Below, piece after piece: positions 25,501 to 39,350 of a DNA stretch of 64,000 nt (position 1 is the first letter of the stretch; every line of letters starts with the position of its first letter). The DNA is from Paramecium tetraurelia (lineage: Eukaryota). The position numbers were made by a program, and so were the translations under genes. The DNA is taken from NCBI GenBank assembly GCA_000165425.1, contig CT868492.1, forward strand, positions 124,001-188,000, read 5' to 3'. The notes under the pieces were generated by a model, which was not told where the DNA came from, ran no database searches, and saw only the letters and a list, made by a program, of their open reading frames with translations.

Positions 25501-28500
25501 ATCCTCCTCAATAACCTTATCTTCATCTTCAACTTCATCCTCATCCTCATCCTCATCTTCCTCATTATCTATATAATTATCGTTTTCTTTTTTATTATCT
25601 TAATCATTATCATTATCAATTTTATTATTTTTATTATCTTCATTTTTAGCTTTATCATTATCATCAGAATTAACTTTACCATTATCATCAGAATCAGCTT
25701 TATCATTATTATCATTTTAATTCTCATTATCTTTATTTTCTTAAGCCTTATTTGATATTTCTTCAGTAACTAAAGGTTTGCAATTCTACTCGTCTTTATT
25801 CAACTCAAAGTCATCCAAATGTTCAAAACAATATTAAGGTATTTAAGAAAAATCAATTTTTTTAAATAGTAATTTAAAGTTAAATTAAGGCCATTTTTCT
25901 TAAAATTCCTAAAATCGTAAGGTTTCTTTTTCCATCACTCTTTCATATTTTAATTATTTTAAAACGGGTATAAAATCAGTTATTAAGATTTCATCCAATT
26001 CAAATCTATCAGTATTATATTACAAAGGTAAAACATAATGTTCATTTATAAATGAAATTGGAACATTATCAAAAGAAATCTCAATTTCCTTCGCAAAGAT
26101 ACCCCATTTAGGTAGTTTAGAGAAGAAAAATCTAACAAGTTCTTCAATCTATTGAATCCAAATAATTCCTAAAATTATAATTTATCCTGTTTGTTAAGAA
26201 TTAAGTAATTTTTCGAATTTAGCTTTGTTACCTATAGTAATTTCTTTCTTCAACAAACCTAATATATAATCTAAACCATCATTTGATATTTTAGTCTGTT
26301 ACTTTTCAAAATACTATTCTATAAATTTTTAGCATTTTAGGAGCAATTCAATATTAATATTTTAAATTCCATCCTTTAAAATCGGAAACGAAAAATTATT
26401 TAAAAATAAACTCATCATGAATAAGTAATTTTATTATAAAGTTTCTATTCCACGAAAATTCTATACTTCGCTTGATTGTAATTCCAAGTGATTTACAATG
26501 AATTTTTGAAGAGTCTACGTTTATTTCAATTTAACAGATAGCAATAAACTAATCTCTAAATTAAAATCAGATGGCTTTAATAATTTAATAAACTCCTCTG
26601 GAAAATTCAGCATAGATTTATAAAATATAGGATTCTATATCAAATAGTATTATTAGCACTTTCTCACAATTTAATCTAAATTAGCCTTCAGATCTGTCAA
26701 AGGCAAACTATTTAAATAATATTCAAGTAGTTTTGGATGTCCTTTGGAAGTGTCTATTGCTTGTAGAATGTCTTAAGGTTAGCTTTGAAATAAAGAAAAA
26801 AATCTAAAATTATTCTTCAAGTATTTAAGAATCATTTGATTAAACCCAAATAACTTGTATATGCAAGCATGCTCAATATCAAGGAAATTATCTAATTAGA
26901 CTGTTCTTTTCACTTTATTCTTATCTTAACTCCAAACACCAATAATTTAAACTTTTTTTACTGCTTTTTTCAATTTATCTAGTATACCATCCTTTTTCTT
27001 CAATACTTAAACTTATTTATCTTATTATTTTTTATATTCAACATTTTTAACTTCATCTTTTTTAACTTCATCTTCTACCTCTTCATCTTCTATATCATCA
27101 ACTTTAATATCTTCAAGTTCTATATCTTTATCTATTATTTATTGTTCAATCTATTTATCTTTAATTTTTTTCTTCAAATAGCTTCTTTTCTAATTTTTTT
27201 ACGGTCTCAATTCTTATCTATATGTTGGTATTAAAAGTATTTATAAGTTATTTAGGTAGTATTTAGCAAATAAATTAAGTTTTTGATCTCCTTGTTTTTA
27301 ATTAAACAACATTGGAGCTAAATTTAAATCTAATGTGGTAACTAATTATTTTATTTCATTTGCCTTTATTATTCCATCTAAAAAATCAAATATAAAGTAG
27401 GACTTTTAGCAAATTCCTAATTAGTAAATCATCAATTAGGATTATTTTACTTTCATTTACAAATGCTATTGTACAATCTATTAGAGATTTTTGCTATTTA
27501 TCAATTTCTATAGGTATTACACAATTATAATATCAAAAACTTGATACTATTTTTTCTATACTATTGAAAGTAAAATAGATTCATCTTAACACAACATTAT
27601 TTTATCAATGTCTTTGATATAATTGTAAATATACTTTTCAAAAAAGGTGATGATATTTTTCTCATTTTAAAATCTCAAAATGATATGAAGAAGCTGATAG
27701 TCTAAACATAATTATTTAGGATTATAACTTATATCCAAGACTTTTGTTATTGTCATAAAGTGATTACTAATTAAAGCAGCCATTAAATTTGCATCAGAGT
27801 ACTTTATTAAATTTATATGATCTATACGACCTTTGCTTAATAGAACTTAATTAGGCGTCATTTTATCTAACGATAATGCATCTATATTCATTATGCTTTT
27901 AATAATATTATATCTATTGATGAAATGTTTATTTTGTGAAAAATTGTAGTAAGCTTTTGGTAATAAATTTACTTAACGTTAAGCATAGTAATATGTAGTA
28001 TTATTAAATTTAGTTAGATTGTAATTTTAGAGTCCCAAATTTAAACACTCAACCAATTTTTAATTTGTAAATTGGTATTTAAATATATATTCAGCTAATT
28101 TTTCATAAATTTCTAAATTAATGTTCTTTTTTTTGAGAATCTATTAGATATATTCGATCATAATCTCCTAAATCATATTTAAAGAAAATTATTTTGGTTT
28201 TCTAAAATCAAAAATAATTTCAATGCTCTTAGAATTTGCATTAAATAATGAAATATATCTCTCATAACGATTTTTAACATATTGATTAATAGACTTAGTT
28301 CTCATAAAGAGTTGACAGAAGTACTTAACTAATTCATTCTTTAGTTTGATCTATTTTGGATTAGGGTCTATGATGGAACTGTAAAGTTCATCATATGCTT
28401 CTAATTCTGCAGTTTTTTCTTTTGAAGTAGACATCAATTATTTAAGGATTTCGAACGTCTCCAAATAGTTAATATTTTGTGAATGAAAGTTAAAAGAACA

Positions 28501-31500
28501 TTTCTGTTCAGAAAGAGAGAGTATGCAATGTTATTAGAATGTCCTTTTAAATTTTCTCATAAACAATAACTGTACTTACAACTATTAATTGTTCAAATGC
28601 TCTGGAAATCTGTTAACTTCAACTTCGAATTCATTTTCTATACACATTTTTTTTGCTAATACATAATAGAAGTAAGATTATTAAATTTCCTTTTAAATAT
28701 TTGGTTATTAAATTAAAAATTTAAGTTATTCTACATATCCAAATAAGATAAACATTTAAATATGCTTTGAAATAGTTTGACTGCTCAATTATATCGTATT
28801 ATAGAACAATTAATATTGTAAGACACTAAAAACCAAATAATACTTCTTGAATAAGGCAATATGGTAGTTTTTGACATTATGACTCAAATGTACGTAAGTA
28901 TAGACATATGTAGTTGACAATCTATTTTCATAATAATAATTAATTAGATGGTTTAATAATTCTATGTTTTAATTGTTTAATGCATAATAATAAACTTAAA
29001 GGAACTAATAATTTTAGATTTTAAGTTTATTCAAATACTAAATGCATATTTCGTTAGAAATAAGAGACAATTAATATAACAGATTTACACTGAATATTTT
29101 TGAATATTAGAGTTCCTCTTTTGTTAAATATCGACACAAAATTTCAGCAATGTTTTTATTTTTATTAATTGATTTTGTAAAAGTAAGAGTAAATATTCCT
29201 GCTATTTTTTCAACTCCAAACTCCTTTCTTTTCAATTCGATCATATCCTCAATTAATATTTCTATTACCTTCTCATCATGAATTAGATCTAAATTGATTT
29301 AAAAGCTTAATCTCTCATAAATTTAAATTCTTAAATTTTTACCAATCATATTTAAGGATTCATAATCAAGATAATTGATTACTGAAACAAAATAAGGAGT
29401 TACCTTTCTTTTAGATTTTGCAATTTTTTTTTCATTGACATTTTCAAAAATGAAAATTGGACATACTTAATTTGAATACTTAAAATTATATTTCATAAGT
29501 TATTGGACTTGATGATTAAAATTAAATTTATTCACTTCCTATATTTCAGATGGAGTATAATCAAATAATTTAGTAGTAGAGAAATGATTTAAACTCAAAA
29601 TTTAAATAATGGAATAAGCGTCTAAATTAAAGTAATCCATAAAAAGTTATATGTTTTTTTTTGCTGAATTTTATAACATTTGGTGTAATTAAATTTAAGA
29701 AATTACTTCCTTTGTCTTTTGAACTTCCTAAGTTTATAGAAACCTAGTTAAATCTGCATTAAATTAATCATCTATAGCCAATGCTATAACAAAAGGCAGT
29801 CTATTAATTTATTAATAGCATATCAGTTGGGATTTAATTGATAGATCATGGAATAAATATTACTTTTTGGGGAATTTCATAACCTAAAATTGAATGCCAC
29901 TCATCTACCAATCAAACAATAAACTCAATTAGTTAATATTAGGTTAAGTAATATAAATTGGATATATGCGTTGAGTTGAAATAAATTTAAGCAGCGCTTT
30001 GTTAGGAACACTATCTTGGGTCAACCACCAGATTTTAGGTATGAATAGCTCAGGATTCAAAATAATAATTCGATTTATCAAAGGTATAGTAATTTCTGAC
30101 TGTAAAAGAGCTTATAAGAACTAGAATGTTATTTATTAATTTACTCCACCTTGATTTTTGTCATTTGATTATTAAATTGTGTTTTAAATATATTTTGGTT
30201 TGAAATGCTGTATAAAAAGGTAAAACTCACCAATTTGTAATTAGTTTTAGTGTTTTTCTATCCCCAATTTCCAAGAATAAAGTTTAATAGTATAATTTGA
30301 AGCCATCTTCTTAATGGTTTCATTAAATTCTATAGATCTTGGAAAGCTATCACAAAAATTTCTTAATTCGACTTCTTACTTAGTTACATTTCTTAATAAC
30401 AGTTCTTAAAATACGAATTCCTTCATTACATCAAAAGAAGGATTCTACAAATTATTATAAATGCAAATTTGCAAAACTTCTTTTACGAAAACTGCATCGA
30501 AAAGTTACTTTATCAATTAATACAATGTTGTAGTAAGTCCTTCCTACTTTGATTTGCTATTACCATAAATTTTTGCCCACAACATCTTTGGATCTCTTCT
30601 AAACTATTCCAAAATTATTTAATCAATTTCTTTTTGAAGTAAACTTGATTCATCTTTAATATCCTATTTTAAGTAAATTAGCTTAGCTAATAGTTATGCA
30701 TCCAATGAATAATCTTCTGGCAATTAAATTTTGAATTTATCTAACTCTTTTTTCTATGCTTACAAATAATTAATAAACTTGAACGTTTTCAATTATTATA
30801 AAATGAAATCATCATTCTACGTCTATAGAATAATTTATAGGAATGAATGATGAGCTGTTCCTAGATCATGGGGAAAATGAGATGTAAAAGTAAAAAACTC
30901 ATTTAAGTGGGAGAATTGAATTGAAAATTTTTGTTTTATTACTGCTTTCATTAATTGAATGTAATGTAAGTAATAAAGGTGATATTATTCTTACAATTCT
31001 TAGCTTAATTCGATGTTTAATTCATTTTAAACTTAGCAAAAGGGTTACTTCTTCATTCTTTTAAGTTCTTTAATGGGTTTCCTTTATTTTATTTTCCTGA
31101 ATTTCAATTATTCTCCTAAAATCTGTGCTAATGTATCAAGTCTATAGAAATCAAAGTCTTTTCTCAAAGATTCGCTTAAAAAATTAAGAATAGTCTAATC
31201 AACTATTTTGTGACTGTTTATATAAAAGACAAGAGGTATTTAATCCTAATAGGGTTGTAATAATAAATTTTTGAAATCTTTACTTTTTTTTATTAAATTC
31301 AATATTTCTTAACAGGTTTTATCTATCTTTGTTGGCAAGTTTTTATTTAGACAAAAGCAATGCAATAGGTTTAGTCCTTAAGGAGTAGAGTACTCAATTC
31401 CCTTAGCAAGTTATTGTGGAAATTATTAAATATAATCAAGAATAATTTAAACAGGGGCTCGTTAAAAAAAAATCATAAAGGGAGTCAACTTAGCATTATT

Positions 31501-32546
31501 GGGATTTTAGATTAGACTATTTGAATATTGAACAAAGATATCCCACTTTTTATTTTAAGCCACTTAATGGAAAATGTTGAATTAAAGTTCTCCAAGAGTT
31601 GAATGCATTTTTAATTATTCTTAAAAATGCCCTTTTTTAATTTTTTTTGATATGATAAGATTTTTTAATTTAAATTCTGCTGATGCTTGTAAATATTCTT
31701 CATATTTTTTTTCAAATGTCTTGACTCCCTTAATTACTTAACATAGAATCTTAAAAAACTTCAAATGCCATTTATTTTATTGATCAATATATGAAAATAT
31801 ATTTGTGAAATTTTAAATGATTTTTATTTTTCTTTGTTCTTAAGAGGAAGTCAATATGACCTCAATACACTTGGTTTTTTGAGTAGCTTTCAAAAACTCT
31901 ATGGCTTTTTCAACTTTGATTTGAGTGTTCAAATACTTCAACTTGAGGAATAATGGAATAGCTATTTATTGTAAATGAGCTTCCAACAAGTTGAAATCTA
32001 ATAATAATTAGGTAATGATATCGTAATTATCGACTTTATTTAGTATTAGTTCGATTATAGATTTGCCTTCATTAGTATTAACAAATAAAATGTCAAGAGG
32101 AGCCATTTATAATTGCTCATTTTTAATCTAAAAATGCATGTATAAATTACCAATAAAAATTTCAAAGTGATGGTCTTCTATTAAATATGAAGCATTATTT
32201 CGTCTAACTCTTTTTAATGTGATTACCAAAATTGATTGATTCTCAGATAGTATTGTTTAAATGTTTCAATTTTCTTCTTTAGTTGATTATCTTTATTAAT
32301 ATTGAGTATTTAGGTTGCTTTTTTCAAATGCGATTTTTTTGACCTGTTAAGGAATATGTTATTAGGATTAGACCCCTAAAATTTTGAATGCGATTAATCA
32401 ACAGCTGGTATTCTGTCTGTTGAGATTTCTTGCTAAACATTAATCTATTGCTTAAATAGTTTTCATACATTGGGATTCCAAATAGTAATATAGGCTTACT
32501 GTCTATCCAATTTTATGGTTTTATTTTTTTAGTTAATACAACCCAT
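19567..32546 (-). CDS. Giant HECT-domain E3 ubiquitin ligase (~4,200-4,300 aa)
   Basis: C-terminal HECT motifs GEQGSDDGGLRREFY, FLQFLTGSP, LPRSQTCFYKLTLPYY (catalytic Cys codon 19669-19671) and EGFGSY-TGA. Spot checks at ~31.9, 30.0, 28.7, 26.7, 23.7, 23.0 and 21.0 kb are open in the same frame. Starts MGCINQK. Not every codon was checked. Confidence 0.8.
20745..20761. repeat. (AT)8 microsatellite forming most of a 26-nt intron (20737-20762) of the HECT gene
   Basis: Minus strand reads gtatatatatatatatattattgtag-type intron sequence. Confidence 0.8.
25500..25740 (-). repeat. Asp/Glu/Asn-rich low-complexity coding tract in the HECT gene (second acidic tract ~27020-27150)
   Basis: TCA/TTA/TCC triplet runs on the plus strand translate on the minus strand as DKADSDDNGKVNSDDNDKAK...EEDEDEDEDEVEDED. 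Confidence 0.8.
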
Positions 32547-33116
32547 TTATTTTGAAAAATAATTAAAAAATAGTTTTAAATAAAATTAAATTAGTTAGAT
32601 ATCACTGTGTCATATCAAAAATGAAACCTTCTTATAAAAACTATTTTGATACAATTTATATTTATTTTAGAAGATGGTTGACCAAAAATTGACTAGATTA
32701 GTATCAATATCATAAGCATCATGATAGGAAAAATGCATCTTTTAAAAAAGGATTTTTAAATTAAACAAAACAATATATTTAATTTTCCAACTATATTAAC
32801 ATTAAACTCTCTTCTGGAATAGTTTTGAATATATACTAGTATCAATTCTAAGATGGGCACCTCAAATACATAAACAGTCTAAATCTATTGATACTGTATA
32901 TAATTGTTAAAATAAATTATTAAGATTATCGTTGTTCTGGTGATGATTACCTCCATTTTGATGTCTCCGAATTCAAAGTAGAATGAATTTTGAGTCATAT
33001 ATGTGATAAGACTCAATTTATTTGATCTATTGCTTAAGGGTGATGAAGGACGGCCTTTTTATTTTTTTTTTAAATCTAAATTGTCATTCTTTAATTAATA
33101 TATTATACTACGAATA

Positions 33117-36100
33117 ATGTCGAAGAAGTCTTAAATATTTGAATACAAGGATGACATCAACGGGAGAGTGCCAGTGATATTTCAATGGAGTTTTGACTTC
33201 AATTTCTTGGTTTGTGGAGGTGATAAATCTGTAATTTATGTGCTTGATAAGTAAATATCATAATCAAATTAGACGAGGGAAACGTTTAAAGGATATTCAA
33301 TTGCCGACAAATAATAAACTATTGTAATTGGAATGGGATAAAGATGGTGAATATGTGTGCATTGTACAGGTATGGAAGAATGAAAATTTAAAAAGGATGG
33401 TCTCAATCATGTAAATTTATGGGCTCCATTCACTAATAATTCGCAAGTGATTCAAGTAGAATTAGATAATCCAAAAGCAAAAGTTTCATATGCTAAGTGG
33501 TCTAAAAGTCATGGGATATTGGCAATAGGATCAGATAAGGGTGGTTTGTTGTTCTATACAAAGAAGCAGGCGAAGAAATTACCGACGATGGGAAAGCATA
33601 GCAAGAAGATCATTAGTGGGGATTGGAACAATGAGGGATATTTAAGTATGCATTCTCAAAAGTATCAATCTAGTAACGAGTGGAGAAGATAAATTCTTAA
33701 CAGTTTCAAATTACAATTCAGAAACTATGTTTGAATCTATTCCTGTGAAGGCTGAAGCCAAAAATGTAGTTTGGTCAAGATCCAAGACAGATTCAAGGGA
33801 GTAGAATTAAAGAACAGTCACGGCCATCATTCAATAAAAAACAATTATAATGTTTGAATTGGGCAAGAATCATAAAATGCCTGATGAATTAATGTTTGAA
33901 AATAAATATGGGAAAATAGTGGATTACACAATCTTTGGTGATGGATATTTGGTCATTGGATTTAGTGAAGGATACGTAGCCCATATTTCTACACACAGAA
34001 AAGAAATTAGTAATTCTTATTTCTATTTCATTAGAGGATGAAGTACAAAGTGAAAAATTGTTGAAGTCAGTGGATGCCATGTGCACAAATGATAGTCTCT
34101 ATAAATTGGCAGTAGCAGGAGATGGATGTATCAAAATGGTGAATCTACAAAGTTGGTAAGAAATACCAACTGAGAAAATTGAATTACCCAATGATTGTGG
34201 TCGTGTATCTAAAATGTATGAATTCTATTGTAATATTTAGGGTTTGGAGTTAAAATGGATAAATCTTGGTTGTGTCCACTGAAAAAGGTTGTTTGTTTGG
34301 ATTTTAAACATCAATCCCCACTTTGACTGCCTCATATGCATCTATGATTGCATTGTAATAGTCATTCACTGAAATCTCTATCTATTCTACTCAGGAGTAA
34401 TCCCTGAATGAAATTTCCACGGTCACTTTAGAGAATGAACCCAATTAGATTTCGATGAGTATGTAATATTTTGCAGCTGGACTCAACAATGTGGTTTTTT
34501 ATTATAAGTATTTGGAATTGAAAAACAAAAAAGCATTCAAACCTGCTATCCAAGCTATCAAGATGGATTATTTAGGATATGTGAATCAGATCATTTTGAA
34601 TGATGAATCTGCTGCCATCTTAAGTAATAATGTTTGCACTTTTCATAAAATCGAGTAGACAGGCGAATATGTTAAATAGTAATCTATTACATTTAAATAG
34701 ATAATTCCCTGATAATGATTAGGAAAAACCAATTTTGCACATCGGACTAACCAAAAATTTCCTATTCTTGTTAGATTCCTAATCTAAAATTAGAGTCTAC
34801 AATGTGTTTGAAAAACAATTCATCATTGAATTCAAAAACGATTACAGTTTGACCAAAATCTTCCCCAACATTAGTGGAACAAGATCCATTTGTATTAACA
34901 ATAAAGGTTAAGGTTTTTTATTTGAAGCATCCCTTGAATTATTGACTAAGATATCTGAATTCCCAGAAAAAACAGAAAGGATTATCTGGGATTAAAAAGA
35001 TCCCAATTTGTTTGTGACCTAAGTGGCCAATGATCTTACAACTTACATAGTTAATAAAAATAATCTATAATAAGAAATGGTGCATCCAGTATTGGAATAT
35101 TTGTCAATGGAAGATTTGTAAAAATCATCCCCTCCAAACCCCTCTGTTACAGAAATAGAGAAAGGAGTTTAAGCCTTAAGTTTAACAAATGGAACCTTAA
35201 AATGTTTCACCATGTCAAGGAATGTCATGGGGTAACCACTAATTAGTCATTCTTACTTGAAGTCATACAAGGGTGCTGATGACAACAATGAAGGTCATTT
35301 CAGATATTTCTTATAAAATCTTGCCTTGTTTAAATTTGCAAATGCACATAAGGCTGCTTTGAATTTGAAGAACCTAAAATTATTTGATACATTTGGTAGA
35401 AAGTGTTTGGAGAATCTAGAATTCGACGTAGCCTAGAAGGCATTCCAAGCTGCCAACAATATATCAATGGTTATGATGATATAAAGTTTCAAAAATGAGA
35501 CCGAAAAGAATTTATTGTTTGCATACGTGGCTATGATTCTAGGGCAACATGATTTGGCTCAAGATCTGTTCTTAAAATCATCTTATAGGCTGGGAGCTCT
35601 AGAATTGAGAAGTGATATCCAAGACTATGTGAATGCCTTGTCATTGGCCAAGAAGATAGCACCTGAATAAGAGCCATTTATTTGCAAAAGACTTGCCATC
35701 TAAATAGAAACCTAGGGCAATAATCCAGAAGCAGTCAAAATGTATGAGATGGCTATGTTGAATGAAAAATTGCATGACTCAAAAACAGTTGAAACACATA
35801 ATCAACAATGTGTGGCTGGTATTGCTCGTTGTTCAATCAAAATGGGTGATATTCTGAGAGGGTCTAGTCTGTCAAGATAAATTTCAGATCCATTGATTTT
35901 ATAGGAAATTGCTTTGGTGTGTGAGAATATGAAATTTTAAGTTGAAGCTGCTGAACTATATGAATAAGCAGGTTGTATAGAGAAGGCAGCCACTATATAC
36001 ATCACTCAAAAGATGTTCAAGCAAGCTGCACCATTAATGAATAAAGTGAAATCCCCTAAATTGTTGATATTGTATGCGAAGGCAAAGGAGAGTGAAGGAG

Positions 36101-37514
36101 CCTTCCAAGAGGCAGAAAATGTGTATGAAAAGGCTGAGGATTGGGAAAATGTAGTACGCTTAAACTTAAATTAATTAAACAACATTGAAAGGGCAAAGTT
36201 CATATTGCGAAATAAGTGTAAGACTGTAACTCTGGCTTCGATGGTGGCTTAATATTGTGAAAGGAGAGGGTCTAAAGCAGAAGCTGTTGAATTCTTGATA
36301 TTGGCTGAGAAGAAAGAGTAAGCATTTGCTTTGGCTCAAAATTACAACGAGATGGACTCGTATGTTGAGCATATGAAGGCATTTTCACTTGAAGAACGTT
36401 TGCAGGTGGCCTAGTATTTTGAGGGCAAAAATTAATTAGACAAGGCTGCATTTCATTTTGAGAAGGCACAAGATCCCATGAAAGCCTTGAGATTGTACTA
36501 GAAGGCAGGAGAGGAGTTCATTAACGATATGATAGATTTGGTTGCACGAAATAAATAGGATAGTCTAATCCAACATTTATCCGATTACATCAATGGAGAT
36601 ACTGATGATATTCCCAAGGATCCCATTTTCTCATTGAAACTATAGAAAGCTATAGGAAATTTATAGGCAGTGGGAAGGATTGCTATAACTATTGCAGCAT
36701 CTGAGCAAGAATGTGGTAAATATAAGGAGGCTCATCAGTTTCTATATGAAACCTGTGATGATTTGAAATCAAGTGGCAATTAGATACCATTTGACTTATA
36801 TCAAAAATTGATGACATTGCATTCATACACATTAGTTAAAAAGATTACGAAATTAGAAGAACATGAAGATTTGGCAAAACTATTGGATAGAGTATGCAAA
36901 AGTATAAGTTAATTCCCTAATGGGGCTACCAATATTTTGACAATGGCTGTAATCGAGGCTACAAAAGCTAATTTCAAGTAAGAACTAATATATGATATAT
37001 CTTTAGATCAATGGCATATCAATGGGCTATTACATTAATGAAACAAGAGTATAGATCATAAATAAATGAAAAATTTAAAACCAGAATAGAGAACATCGCA
37101 AGGAAACCAGTAAAGGAGGAAGTTCCAGACAAGAAAACACCATGTCCATTTTGTGGAGTAAATATATGAAAATGATTATTAGGAATTCGTTTCAGAATTT
37201 ACCCTTGATTGTCCTAAATGCTCAAACAATATTCCATTTTGTATTGCATCAGCAAAGTAATTTTGAACATCATAACCTATAGACATATTGTAGCAGAGCA
37301 ATGTTGCTTCTGCCCGGAATGTAAGTTCCCAGCAAACATTCAATATTTCAAAAGAATCCTAGAGATTGAGCCAATTTGTCCACTCTGTCAAAAGTAAATA
37401 CGTTCATAAGATCTAAAGGAAGTAAGCATTATGGTTCGACCTTAATTTTAGGTTTCAAAGGAGGAAGTACTCAAGCTAAAGAGGAAGGCTGCAGTCGATG
37501 AAAAAAAATAATGA
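33117..37514 (+). CDS. IFT144: Intraflagellar transport protein 144 (WDR19), IFT-A subunit
   Basis: WD40 region WSKSHGILAIGSDKGGLLFY...KKLPTMGKHSKKIISGDWNNEG...GEDK. TPR-like helical middle. C-terminal Cys-rich CPFC...DCPKCSNNIPFCIAS...CPECKFPA. Multiple short introns, TGA at 37512-37514. Confidence 0.93.
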
Positions 37515-37542
37515 AGATTATTATTATAAAGTTATTGAATTA

Positions 37543-39332
37543 ATGTCTGATAGTAAAACTTCTCCTCGAAATCATGGAAGATCGAAGACAAAGACAAGTA
37601 TGAGAATCTTTTCAAGAAATAGGCGAAAATTTATAAATACTGTTCAAGAAGTCATCAGTTGCAAATGAAAGATTAGTCGTTAATAAATTAGGCATGAAAT
37701 TTGATCCTGTTTGTTGGAAGAAGAACCATGAAAAAGGGAGAATTCAATTTTTTTGCATTGTAAATCTCTGGCATTTAAAATAGGAATCGAATTGCAAAGC
37801 TGATAGAAGGTTGGCTTGTGCACATTGCATCATTGAAGAACACCAGGAACATATCTCAAATAAGATAACTGTTGAACAATATTGTGATTCCTTTGAGAGC
37901 AATTTTAAGAGCTATCTCTTTTAAGTAACCTAAATAATTTTAAATAGATAGCAAAATTAGAGGAATATTACAAAAAATGCAAAATGCTGGATTTAATCAA
38001 TTAAATAGATAAAGATATCAACACAGTTCTCGAAATTGTTAAACAATAATTAAGGGTTTTAAGGGATTTCTACGTTTAAGAAATCTAAATTCATGCAGAA
38101 TAAAATAATTCTTCTCTGATCTCATTTTATAATATGGAAAAACAGACGTTGTCTAAAATAAAGGACTATGCACAAAAGAATCTATTTGAGATGACTCCTC
38201 CTGAAATGGATCATAGTATGTTATTGTTAGGTCAAAATCATTTGGATAACATAACACTTAAAATATAGTAATTCGGTGATCAAAACTCAATTGTCTATAG
38301 CACTTTGAAATCCTAATGGAAACTAATATATGAATAATTAGAAGAATCTTTAATTGATGCTATAGCTTTGATTAGCTAGAATAATTTGGATTTTAATTAG
38401 CCAACTATTAAAGAAACTTCATAAGAACACAGTAAATCTACAAACTAATAATAATAATAAGATTTCTAGAAACTGAACTTATAAGATTTCAAGATCTAAA
38501 ATAAATAGATGAATTAATAATACACATAAAACTATCAATAATTACCTCCCTAACATTCCCAAGACTTCTAATAGATTAAAAAAGAAGTTAGCAAACATAG
38601 TGGCAATACTATACAATAATAATAATCGAACCCTCCAATTAATTAAACTAATAATCAATTATAATCTAATAGTCCTAAAGCTTCAAACGAAGTGCAAAGT
38701 TATAAATAGAATCATAGTATTAGTCAACATTAAGTGACTTCACCTTTGAAAAGTGGAGTTAATATAGCTACTTTTGGCAATTTAGGTAATGCCAATTAGA
38801 AATCCTTCAAAAAACATATGTCTCAACCTAAAACTAATGAAGTTTATGCTCAATCAAAGACTGATTAGAACAACAATTCAAATGCTAAATCTAGTTCTCT
38901 TGTTAGATAAGCAAGTGCCAATGGAGTTAATTACTATTACTAAAGTGATGGCAAACACCTTGAAGGCAGAAAGAATGGTTATCATATATAAACTCTTAAT
39001 TCATCATCATAATAAAAATAATAATACTAGTTTGAAAGAAGACTGTCAGCCCCGAAAATATAAAATACTCATTTTAATTGCAATTACAACAATATGAAAT
39101 GTATTCACAATGATATTGTTAAAACAAGTCCTGTTTTCAGTTGCTGCAATTGGGTATGTATATTTATGTATTAATTTTCTAGGCATTTCCATGTTACGAA
39201 TGCCATGACATGATTTCAACGCATAAAGCACACATAACAGTTCCTTCATAAAGATTCTGTTTGAATTGCTAAGAAATATTCTCTGTAAATTTATTGTCTA
39301 CAGTAGATGTCAAATGTTATAAATGCTAATGA
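37543..39332 (+). CDS. B-box-like zinc finger + coiled coil + Gln-rich linker + C-terminal CHY zinc finger protein
   Basis: N-terminal CWKKNHE...FFCI|ESNC...LACAHCIIEEHQEH. C-terminal KCIHND...FSCCNW|AFPCYECHDMISTH...FCLNC...CYKC fits the CHY Cys/His spacing. TGA at 39330-39332. Confidence 0.78.
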
Positions 39333-39350
39333 TCTAATTTATTATTAATT

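Noticed and set aside
19400..33100. Germline-limited (IES) or non-coding AT-rich island
   Set aside because: Every spot check shows one open minus-strand frame leading into an intact HECT domain. I found no TA-bounded insert interrupting a frame, though the check was not exhaustive.
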